From: Octopus sinensis
Taxonomy: Eukaryota
Direction: 5' to 3'
DNA length: 64,000 nt
Assembly: GCF_006345805.1 (NCBI RefSeq)
Contig: NC_043000.1
Span: 868,001-932,000, forward strand
The position numbers and the translations under genes were made by a program. Under the pieces are notes generated by a model. That model was not told the DNA's origin. It saw only the letters and a list, made by a program, of their open reading frames with translations, and did not search any database. Within the stretch, counting starts at the first letter, position 1. Every line of letters starts with the position of its first letter. Of this stretch, positions 49,731 through 60,479 are shown piece by piece.

Positions 49731-49996
49731 CAGTGATTCCACAGTGGGAGGTGGAAAGATCCCGGAGGACTTTGAAGAAGATTGGGGCGATAATGGGGTG
49801 GCCAAAAAGGGGCTCATGTATGCAAAAAAAATCAGCAAGTAATGGGTTAATTAGGTCAAGTTTTATTTGTAAAATACAGTTGTTTTGAATTTGTTGTAGA
49901 AAGGAGTCTATGTTTGTGGTGATGAGTGATGGGGGTGCTAGGAATGTGGCCCTGGTGTCAAGGAGGCAGCAGCTTGAAAACGTTTGGTAACCACTG
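49731..49996. mobile_element. hAT-type MITE
   Basis: CAGTG...CACTG termini; TSD ctctaaac/gtctaaac. Confidence 0.75.
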
Positions 49997-50324
49997 GTCT
50001 AAACTGTGGTTTGGAAGGATCTGAAGATGAGCGTATGGTTCAGAAGTTAGCTTCTCAGCTACATATTTTCCGGTTTGATTTGAGTGGTGACACCTTGGGA
50101 AAGTGTATTTTGTTATAACCCCGTCTCGATCAAAATCTTGCGAATAAAATTTTAGTAGAAACAAGCTACGAGGAAGCCGTCACTCGGGTTGAAACGTCTA
50201 CACGGACCTTGGGTGGCTTTAGCGAAGTCAGCTTAGATGCAAGCATTAGGATCTGATTCTCGGTCTCTTCATTCCTTCATCCCCATCATGATCGAAGATC
50301 CTGAAAAGACTCACTGGAGCTCGT

Positions 50325-50720
50325 TTACTTGTTTCAGTCATTTGACTGAGGCCATGCTGGAGCACCACCTTTAGTAGAGCAAATCGACCCCGGGACTTAT
50401 TCTTTGTAAGCCTAGTACTTATTCTATCGGTCACTTTTGCCGAAACGCTAAGTGACGGGGATATAAACACACCAGCATCGGTTGTCAAGCAAATGCTAGA
50501 GGGACAAACACAGATACACAAACATACACACACATATATATATACATTATATATATATGACGAGCTTCTTCAGTTTCCGTCTTCCAAATCCACTCACAAG
50601 GCTTTGGTCGGCACGACGCTATAGTAGAAGACACTTGCCCAAGATTCCACGCAGTGGGACCGAACCCGGAACCATGTGGTCGGTAAACAAGCTACTTACC
50701 ACACAGTCACTTCTGCGCCT
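50325..50720 (-). mobile_element. Family C SINE
   Basis: Similarity to other copies. Confidence 0.88.
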
Positions 50721-51089
50721 ACTGTTTCTTGTTAGATTAAACTATTGTTTTCTTCGCGGCCTTCGACAAAATAATTCATATAGAAAAAAATAAAACAAAG
50801 AAAAATAGTGACATGGCTTTCGTAAAATCCTCCTGATTCTCCTGGTGCTATCGGTGTCTGTAAAAACATATTCGATTATTCCAACCGATTAATGTTCGGT
50901 TCGAAAGAAAACGTATTGAGTCAGATATAAATAAGTATCAGTAGCCACTTTCTTTGTGTGAAATCGCATGGCTCAGTGGTTAGAGCACCGGCCTTACAAT
51001 CGAGCGGTTGCGAATTCGAATCCCAGACCGGACTGCGCGATATGGTCTTGAGAAAGACACTTTATCTCACGTTACTCCAGTTCATTCAG

Positions 51090-51471
51090 TGGAGGCGCAA
51101 TGGCCCAGTGGTTAGGGCAGCGGACTCGCGGTCATAGGATCGCGGTTTCGATTCCCAGACCGGGCATTGTGAGTGTTTATTGAGCGAAAACACCTAAAAG
51201 CTCCGCGAGGCTCCGGCAGGGGTGGAGGTGAACCCTGCTGTACTCTTTCACCACAACTTTCTCTCGCTCTTTCTTCCTGTTTCTCTTGTACCTGTATTTC
51301 AAAGGGCCAGCCTTGTCACACTGTGTCATGCTGAATCTCCTCGATAACTACGTTAAGGGTACACGTGTCTGTGGAGTGCTCAGCCACTTGCACGTTAATA
51401 TCACGAGCAAGCTGTTCCGTTGATCGTATCAGCTGGGACCCTCATCGTCGCAACCGACGGAGTGCTCCTAC
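51090..51471 (+). mobile_element. Family B SINE nested in an older SINE with a 17-bp TSD
   Basis: TSD tactccagttcattcag at 51073-51089 and 51472-51488. Confidence 0.92.
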
Positions 51472-51851
51472 TACTCCAGTTCATTCAGCTATAGACATCA
51501 GTTGCGACGTTACTGGTGCCAAGTTGTATCTGTCTTTGGTTTTTCCTTGGATAAGATCAGTGGCATGGAGAAGGGAGACTGATTTGCATGAGTGACTGAT
51601 GGTCTTCCATAAACAACTTTGCCCGGACTTGTTCCTCGGAAGGGGACACTCTAGAGCCAATCCCACGGCCATTTGTGACCGAAAAGGGGTGGGGTCTTTA
51701 CCTTTTTAACTTTCAAACATCTCTCTCCCTGACCCTCTTTCTCTCTCTCCCTTCTCTCTGTATATCTATATATATATATATATATATATTTTATATTATA
51801 TTATATATATTATATTATATACACACAAACATACATACATACACATATATA

Positions 51852-51885
<34 letters not shown>

Positions 51886-52256
51886 ATGTTGCATGCATGT
51901 ATGTATGTTTGTGCGTTTGTGTGTATATAATATAATATAATATAATATATATATTTATATATATATATATATACAGAGAGAATATTTATATATGTTTGTA
52001 TGTATGTATGTATGTATGTATGTATGTATGTATGTATGTATGTATGTATATAATGTTATTAATTTATTCTTTTACTTGTTGGGGTACTGCACTGATGGTT
52101 TAATTTAAACAAATCAATCTCAATACTTATGTCCAAGGCTTACGCGGACGTAAACAAACTTACACCGATTGTCAATCAGATACACACACACACATACACG
52201 TGTGTGTGCGTGTGTGTGTGTGTGTGTTCACTCACAAGACAATGGTAGGTACAGAG

Positions 52257-52356
52257 NNNNNNNNNNNNNNNNNNNNNNNNNNNNNNNNNNNNNNNNNNNN
52301 NNNNNNNNNNNNNNNNNNNNNNNNNNNNNNNNNNNNNNNNNNNNNNNNNNNNNNNN
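52257..52356. other. Assembly gap (100 N, true size unknown)
   Basis: Direct reading. Confidence 1.
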
Positions 52357-52469
52357 TTTCTCTTCTCCCCTTTAAACGAACACAAGAAGACTGCTTTCAA
52401 ATTATATATGTCAGCACCATTGGCACCTTCGGTCTAATGGTAACTCTAAATATCCCCATATTGATCTGC

Positions 52470-53419
52470 CCACTATAAACACACAGGTAAAAACACCTAT
52501 CCCCAGAAAACGTGAAATCTTATGGTTAGCTCCGCCGTTCTCCCTAGTGGTCAGATAACTGCTATAATTATTTCTTAAATTTTAAATTCAAACTTTCCAC
52601 CACAGCATAAGTATTGTTCCATGTTCAATAAATCTTCAATAACAATATCTTACTCCACCGGACCAAACCACGGATCTATCATAGCTGCTCTCAATAGTCG
52701 CAAACTCCGAGGCAAATCAATTGAACATATAAATCCTTATATAGCACCCGAAAGGAATCCGGACAATAATAGTACCACAACTACTAACAACTTTCCAATG
52801 CTAAGTACTTCTAAAAGGAAAACAGTATCTCGCAACCCGAATTACCAAATAATGAATACCAGTTCCAACAGAACCAGCCAGTCGAAGTGTGTTATAAACT
52901 CAGACTTAGACCCACACTTACCGACGACAGGTCAACCTAGATTAACGTCACTAGGACGACATTCTCTCATACAGACAACACATTTTGCAATTGACGTGCA
53001 TCCAATTTATGCCCTCTTGAAGGCTTTTGCTTACGCAAAAATGTGATATATAAATGCACTGTGTTGACAACTTGCAACCACCAAGCAATAATATATATTG
53101 GGAACCCAGTAGAGTTTGAGCGTAGATATCGTAAACATATTAATTCTTTTATTAATCCTAAAACCGAATTTTCTATTTCTTTAGCTACACATATCCATAA
53201 TCTCAAAGCGCAAAATATACAATACAATCTATCTTGATCAACAGTAACAGAAGACCCCCTTACAATTCATATATACGTAAATGTAATCTTTCCATTAGGG
53301 AATTCTTAACAATTCTTCGCACGCACAATTACTCAATGTTAAATAGGTTTTCAGACGTCATCTTCTCTTGTAGACACTGGTATTATTCGACCCTTAGACA
53401 TTTGGCTAACTCTTCATAG
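52470..53419 (+). pseudogene. Decayed PLE linker and GIY-YIG region, same subtype as 3196-4358
   Basis: RKREILWLAPPFS...FNKSSITISYS...VIYKC...YIG...RY.KH.NSF...SISLATHIH.LK...KCNL..RE...LN...CRH; stops and frameshifts. Confidence 0.8.
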
Positions 53420-53519
53420 CTACACAATAAATCATTATTCCATTAAATCTGAAATATAAAAGCTTGGTTTATGTCTTCTCCAACCATCCACCTCTAACAT
53501 TAATAATAACTACTTCTTT

Positions 53520-54050
53520 ACTACACACAAGGAGCTAAACACAGAGAGGACAAACAAGGACAGACAAACAGATGAAGTCGATTAAATATCGACCCCGAAA
53601 GGATGAAAGGTAAAGTCGACCCCGGCAGAATTTGAACTCAGAACGTACAGACACATGAAATATCTATTTCTTTACTACCCACAAGGAGCTAAACACAGAT
53701 AGGACAAACAAGGACAGACAAACAGATGAAGTCGATTAAATATCGACCCCGAAAGGATGAAAGGTAAAGTCGACCCCGGCAGAATTTGAACTCAGAACGT
53801 ACAGACACATGAAATATCTATTTCTTTACTACCCACAAGGAGCTAAACACAGAGAGGACAAACAAGGACAGACAAACGGATTAAGTCGATTATATCGATC
53901 TCAGTGAGTTACTGGTACTTATTTAATCGACCCCGAAAGGATGAAAGGCAAAGTCGACCTCAGCGGAATTTGAACTCAGAACGTAGCGGCAGAAGAAATA
54001 CCGCTGAGCATTTCGCCCGGTGTGCTAACGTTTCTGCCAGCTCGCCGCCT
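53520..54050 (-). mobile_element. SINE family A trimer with ~153-bp modules
   Basis: Repeated junction gaaatat|ctatttctttac. Confidence 0.88.
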
Positions 54051-54111
54051 TACATTAATAACATTAATAATAACTTCATCTCAATAGTCATATATCTAAT
54101 ATATCACTTAC

Positions 54112-54336
54112 TAATATATGCATTTGTGTACACAGACTCGGTGTTGTCATCTATATAAGCAGTTGTTAGGGCAGTTCTTGGGGATTTACATACTCCGATG
54201 ACAAATGTTGACATTAGTATTATTCCGAAAGCAATGTTTTTTGAATAGGTCGTTTCATCGACTTCATTTTGTACACAAGTTTCATTGGCATTCATTGAAC
54301 GTTCACAGTAGGACAATTCTTTTTCAACGATTATCA
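54112..54336 (-). CDS. SLCO: SLCO/OATP coding exon 3
   Basis: ...IAFGIILMSTFVIGVCKSPRTALTTAYIDDNT...; acceptor tttacaacag, donor gtaagt; phase 1/1. Confidence 0.88.
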
Positions 54337-55204
54337 CTGTTGTAAATAGAAAAAAGTAAATAATACAATCAAGCAATCGATAGGTTAATTTGTTAATTAG
54401 TCCACTAATTGGCCAATCATAATAATAAAAGGAAACGAAATAGACCTACTGCATGTAATTTTATCAAAAATGTCCCTCATGATTATACAGCAGAATCTGT
54501 CCCGCTGCATGATATTAAAATAGTCATCTTTGTATCATACTTAATGTATATACATCGTTGACAGGCAAGTTATTGAAATTTCCGTCCGAGATTGCAGCTC
54601 ATATGTGCGTACTATGTTTGACAACACAATGTATATTGGAGCAAGGAAACAAATCGTCCATGAAACGGGTTGCGAAAATACCAGATGCATTTCGGCCTTA
54701 CATCGAATGTGTTGCAAAAAATATACCATAACAAATTAGATATTGTACATGCATGTTTTCACCTTTGGGTATTAAATGTTTGCCAAAATACTTAAGGAGC
54801 AAGGAACAAAAATACCAAAAGGTAGGCTTCTTTCAAAGCTGTTTACATAATACATTTATTCAACCTACTCTAACCTCTCAACAATATATCTATGTATACC
54901 TTATATCTTGCCAACGTTGACGGTGACAACCCTAAACTACTACACTTACCATTCAAAAAGACAAGGGTTTCTCGTGGTAACGGTAAAGGGTGAATTATTA
55001 GATGCACGTTTTCAGGCAATAAACGATAGAAGATCAGCTGTAGGGCAAAAGTTTGTTGGCGATAAAGATTTTCTAACACGTTCTCCACACCATTACCGTC
55101 GTACTAGTGTTATTACCGATACTAACACTATTATGATAAAATGTAAGACAGAGATCTTCCACATTATCAACCATTCGATTTCCATTAAAAAAAAAAAAAA
55201 ACGT

Positions 55205-55652
55205 CACCCTTTTCAAGCCTAGCCAGGCTCATGGGCCCGGTTTCGAGGTTTCTGTGGCATATGTGTTCCCCACCCCCAGCTGGACGGGACGCCAGTCCAT
55301 CGCAGCATTACTCAAGAAACAGGAAGAGAGAGTGAGAGAAAGTTGTGGCGAAAGAGTACAACAGGGCTCGCCACCACTCCCTGCCGGAGCCTCGTGGAGC
55401 TTTTGGGTGTTTTTGCTCAATAAACACACATAACGCCCGGTCTGGGAATCGAAACCGCGATCCTCCGACCGCGAGACCACTTCCCTAACCACTAGACCAT
55501 TGCGCGCCTCCACGAATGCACCCTTTTAAAGCCTAGCCAGGCTCATGGGCCCGGTTTCCCGGTTTCAATGGCGTATGTGTTCCCCAGCTGAATCGAAACC
55601 ACAATCTTACGATCATGATGCTGACACCCTAACCACTAAGCCACGCGCCTCC
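55205..55652 (-). mobile_element. Chimeric SINE (B head, D tail) and internally deleted D SINE
   Basis: Similarity to other copies. Confidence 0.8.
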
Positions 55653-55753
55653 ACCGATTTCCATTTTAAGTGAACCAAATACACAGGATTAATTCGTGAT
55701 TCCTGCTCTCATGTCCAAATATGACAAATACATATTTCTTTATTCATGCTTAC

Positions 55754-56060
55754 CTGAAATATTTGATGAAGTTTCGGCATTTGGTTTTGGTGTAACAAAA
55801 TGAGGCAGGGAGCATATCATACAGGCAAGACCAGATAAAACGCCACTGATGCCTAACAGCTTTGGTCTGTGGGTGTCTTTAAGTAGATAAGTTAGAAATA
55901 GAGACGCTACAAGGAAGCCAATATCATTCCCACTCATTAGAAGTCCACTGTCGCTACTTGCTAAGTTGAATTGTTTCTCAATAGTTGTTATCTGAGATCC
56001 TAGGTACGAGCTCACCGAATATATCAGGAGATTAGCAAACCCGACGATCACTGCAAAACT
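55754..56060 (-). CDS. SLCO: SLCO/OATP coding exon 2
   Basis: SFAVIVG...YLGSQITTIEKQFNLASSDSGLLMSGNDIGFL...HRPKLLG...SLPHF; donor gtaagc. Confidence 0.92.
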
Positions 56061-56067
56061 CTAGAAA

Positions 56068-56105
<38 letters not shown>

Positions 56106-56159
56106 TTATAGATAGATAGATAGATAGATATATAGATATAGATAGATAGATAGATATAA

Positions 56160-56498
56160 GTTTCTTTATTGGCCACACAGGGCTGCAAACAGATGGGACA
56201 AGTTACAAGGTAGAGCTTTTCTTTTGGGGGATGAAAAAAAAGGGGGTGGCGTAGGTTTTCGATCAAGATGGATCGTAAAAGGGAAGAAAGAACAAAAAAA
56301 AGAATAAAAAATAAAAAAAGATAAAAGAAAAAAAAGAAAGGAAAGGAACAAAAGAAAAGAGAAATGAAAAAAGAAGAAAAAGGGGAAAAAAGGGGAAGAG
56401 GAAAAAAAAGATAGATAGATAGATAGATATGTTTCTTTATAGCCACACAGGGCTGCACACAGATAGAACAATTACAAGGTAGAGCTTTTCTTTTGAAG

Positions 56499-56531
<33 letters not shown>

Positions 56532-56669
56532 GAAGGGGGAGGTTCGATCAAAAGGGATCGTAAAAGGAGAGAAAGAGGACAAAAATAAGGGGGGTTAAAA
56601 AAAAAAGGGGGGGGGGAGAAGGAAAAAAAAATGATCAATAGGGATCGTTATCACAAAATGTCATATGAA
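56160..56669 (-). mobile_element. Two copies of the GATA-associated 3'-end family (56160-56408, 56431-56669), each bounded by (GATA)n
   Basis: Similarity to 5499-5782. Confidence 0.75.
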
Positions 56670-56724
56670 GATAGATAGATAGAGATATAGATAGATGGAT
56701 GGATGGATGGGGATGGATAGATAC

Positions 56725-56785
<61 letters not shown>

Positions 56786-56983
56786 GATAGACAGATAGAT
56801 AGATAAATGAATAGATAGATAGATAGATACTTGACATCCTTCCACAAGTGGTCATATATAAAATTCACACAAATATAGTAGCACACATACATATACAAAC
56901 AGACACATATACATACATAATATATATGTATGTGTGTGTGTTTGTATGTGTGTGCTGTGCGTGTATATATGTGTGTATGAATG

Positions 56984-57031
<48 letters not shown>

Positions 57032-57032
57032 C

Positions 57033-57960
57033 ATAATTAAGGATAAAATCATTAAAAACTAATGATTTATCACTGGCCAGCATATAACAAAAACCATATA
57101 GGTAAAATCAATATATAAATATATAATTATAAAGATATAATTATAATTAAGGGCACTAAAGGAACAGAACCTATGCTAGAGATAGACGTCAAACGACTAT
57201 AAGCCACTTTGAATTTGCACTGCATACTACACGGCTGAATGCGAGGAAAATGGATAAAAAAGATTTGGTAATACTTTGGTTAACCCTAAATCTTCAGGTT
57301 TCCGGTTTAGTAATAAATATTCTGCCTCCATCAGTAAGGTATATCGACTGTACATAAATTAAAATACATATACATACCCATACAAATACATATATATATA
57401 CATATATTTAAACGTATATACGAAGTGAAATCCAATTATCCATCTCAACCACATGCGTATTTCATCAGAATAATACCGCAGTAAACATATGACCAGGAGT
57501 GAATAAATGTACATGAATGCATTATTAAGGATAAAATCAATAAAAATTAATGATTTTATTAGTGACCAGCATATAATAAAAACCATTAGTGGCCACCATA
57601 TAATAAAAATCTTTATATAAATATATAATTATAAAGATATAATTATAATTACGGGTAGTGGAGGAACATGATAGGCGTTGTTCCGTTAGTGTATTTACAT
57701 GGGTACGTAGATGTATTTTCATTTATGTATGGTTGGTATACCCTACTGATGAAGGTAGAGTATTTATTACTAAGCCAGATATCTAAAGATTTAGGATTAG
57801 CGAAAGTTTTACGAAATCTTTTTTATCCATTTTCCTTACATTCAACCTTGTGCTAAGGGAGTGCAAATTCAAAGTGGTTTATAGTCATTTGACGTCTATA
57901 TCTAGCAAAAGGCGCCGTTCCTCCACTGCCCTTAATAAAAATTATATCTTTATATAATAT
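57033..57960. mobile_element. Older fold-back element (inverted arms ~57120-57395 and ~57690-57960) with degenerate hammerheads; also a direct repeat 57033-57165/57525-57670
   Basis: acccta CTGATGA agg...cc (a)GATA tct aa aga TT tagg on +; mirror copy on - has CTGATGG and GAAA. Confidence 0.7.
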
Positions 57961-57991
57961 ACACACGCACACCACACACACACACACACAC

Positions 57992-58061
<70 letters not shown>

Positions 58062-58075
58062 ATATTATATATTAA

Positions 58076-58275
58076 TAGTTATCGCCATACTAATATGGCA
58101 TTCTTAAAAATAAGAATAAAGCTGTCGCTGATTAGCTCCATGAAGCCATCGCCTCAAGCTAGCTACTTGACACACAAACTGCGTCCGTTATTAAACCTTC
58201 GAACAGGGGAGGTCAGCCGCTTCAACCTGCTAGTCCGACAGCTACAGACATGTTTCAGGGTTGTTGCCCCTTCTC
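58076..58275 (-). mobile_element. PLE terminal-repeat-like fragment with a 5'-truncated hammerhead, between (TA)n tracts
   Basis: Minus strand: (t)gaga aggg-gcaacaa-ccct GAAA cat GTC at 58275-58247. Confidence 0.65.
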
Positions 58276-58301
58276 ATATATATGTACACACAGACACACA
58301 G

Positions 58302-58336
<35 letters not shown>

Positions 58337-58683
58337 CGCAAGATTTAAAATTAAGCTACTATACCTGATTACAACAGTACATAGCTGCTCTCTTTGAAAA
58401 AGTGAGAAAGAATGAGAGGAAAAAAACACATCACAAAATATAGGAAATAAAAAGCATGGAGGAAAGTGAGATAAAGTGGGAATCAAAAGTCCTTAGAGTG
58501 GTTAATCTGATGGAAAAAAGTTAAAATTTGTGACAGTATGCTTAATCCGGAAAGGGTAGTATTTTCCATTTCAATAGTAGAAGCGTATCATGACGCTTGC
58601 ATTTATTAGGAATTTCGGTCCTAGAATTCAGTAGGTCATTGGAGTTTTTACATTAAAGAGGATGTGACTTCTTTCGTTTATAC

Positions 58684-58899
58684 CAGTGGTATAGCCTATG
58701 GACCCCTTTCATTCCTATTTTACTCCACTGGACCTCCATAGCTATTTGATATGTATATAAGAAAAATCCTACTGTATCTTTATAATTAAATATTATAAGG
58801 AATTTCATAAAAAAGATTAAAATATTTTGTGTATAATTTTTGCTATAAAATCTTATATGGACCTTTAAGGTCCGTATGGTTCCCGCTTGAGAATCACTG
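58684..58899. mobile_element. hAT-type MITE
   Basis: CAGTG...CACTG termini; TSD gtttatac/ggttatac. Confidence 0.65.
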
Positions 58900-59544
58900 G
58901 GTTATACAAAACCTACATCTCTTTGGCGCATTAATGCATGGTGTAGATCTTCTACAATACACTACGTTAGCATTCTTTTCGTCTACCTGAGAAAATATAA
59001 CTACAACACAGGAAAATATTACTAACGGCATTTAAGAAAGATCCACCGACTGGATTGCATAGCTTTATTAAGCCAGTCTTTCACCAATGTTCTTTGTCTA
59101 TCCCTTCTACCGCAAGAACTTTCTCTGGTTCTTTAAACCTTTAACCTGTGCATATTCGTTATTAGATCGTAAGTCTACATGTAACACATACTGCCCTTTT
59201 TCCCGAGTTTTAATAAAACAGAACCCAAAGAATCTCAAATGCGAAAAGCCTAATTTCTCGTTATTACATATAAAAACATATAAATAATCAATCTATATAA
59301 AGATGATATAATTACTTGAAAACGACCGATTATATATTCTGTGAACGCTGAAGGGTAAACCATGCAATGAAAATAATGAAACCACGCAAATAAACTAAGA
59401 ACGTCATATGAACCAAGCAAAAATAACCACAAATTCTTTACACTCCACCGACCATCGTGAAAATGGAGAATTATGCTGGATATGGTCCTAAATAAACGAA
59501 AAAATAACGGATGTTATAGTCATGATGAGAACACATCTGATCAC

Positions 59545-59769
59545 AGATGATCACAGATGATGAAGCCTTGATTTCTGAAGTCACGTTGAGGTTGGAGGAC
59601 CAAGCTGGGTTCTTCTACAAAAACGGTCTCCAGAGCCGCATCAAACAATGGGAGAAATGCGTAACTCTGGGTGGTTCCTATGTAGAAAAAGACTAATAAC
59701 TGTGCCAAGTTTCGCTGCTCTACTGCTATGGGAAGTGGGTCAGGGGCATTACTTATTGAACGCCCCTCG
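59545..59769 (+). mobile_element. 3' end of a mariner-family element
   Basis: DEALISEV...FFYKNGLQSRIKQWEKCVTLGGSYVEK*; TIR ttacttattgaacgcccctcg|TA. Confidence 0.8.
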
Positions 59770-60114
59770 TATACTTAACCAGAGCGGTCATGTACCTGAA
59801 CATCAATAAACATCGCATAATAAGCGTCTGAAATTATCTCCGTCACTAAAGTCAATCACCTACTTTGAACAATGCACACTCTATCATGGCTAATTGCACA
59901 TGCAGCAAACATCAAAGCACAAGAAGAATACTAATACTTTATTTGTATTCAATGAGAATTTATATACTAAAAAAGCATAAATAACAAAACAGTTATACGT
60001 AACACCAATACCCTCAAAACTTGTTCTGTTTCTATCCCTGCTGTTTAAGACGGACGCGGATTTTGCTTAAGCTGTTTTATTACACAACAGATTGAAGAAC
60101 AAAAAAAAGCTTAC

Positions 60115-60201
60115 CTTTAGATTAAAGCATTTCTTCTCAGGTTGGGGCGAAATAATTTCTACTTGAAATTGGTTATCGTCTGCTGGATTCGATTCGGTCA
60201 T
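60115..60201 (-). CDS. SLCO: SLCO/OATP first coding exon (MTESNPADDNQFQVEIISPQPEKKCFNLK)
   Basis: ATG, 87 nt, gtaagc donor; phase 0 join gives FNLK|SFAVIV, matching the OATP N-terminal K.F pattern. Confidence 0.7.
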
Positions 60202-60287
60202 GTTTGGAGATAGTTATCTAAACAAAGTAATACATACATACATATACATATGTGTGCGTGCGTAATGTGTGTGTGTGTGCGTGTGTA

Positions 60288-60469
60288 CGAGGGGTGCTGA
60301 CAAGTTCCTGGCTTTCAGGGTCAGTTCTTTTACAGGGCTTAGAAAAACTGAAGGACCGCTGCAATAAGTGCGTGAATCTGTGAGGGGAATATGTTGAGTA
60401 AAACCATAATTAACTGATTCTCCTGTATTTTTTTTTACTCAAAGCCAGGAACTTTTCAGCACACCTTCG
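60288..60469. mobile_element. Tc1/mariner-type MITE
   Basis: TA|CGAGGGGTGCTGACAAGTTCCTGGCTTT...AAAGCCAGGAACTTTTCAGCACACCTTCG|TA. Confidence 0.85.
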
Positions 60470-60479
60470 TATATATATT

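Noticed and set aside
50760-50900. Possible missing SLCO exon after ttttacag on the minus strand
   Set aside because: No frame resembles OATP sequence.
53220-53240. In-frame TGA in the GIY-YIG relic as possible selenocysteine
   Set aside because: Aligns to a conserved Trp (TGG to TGA) in a copy with other stops and frameshifts; no SECIS evident.
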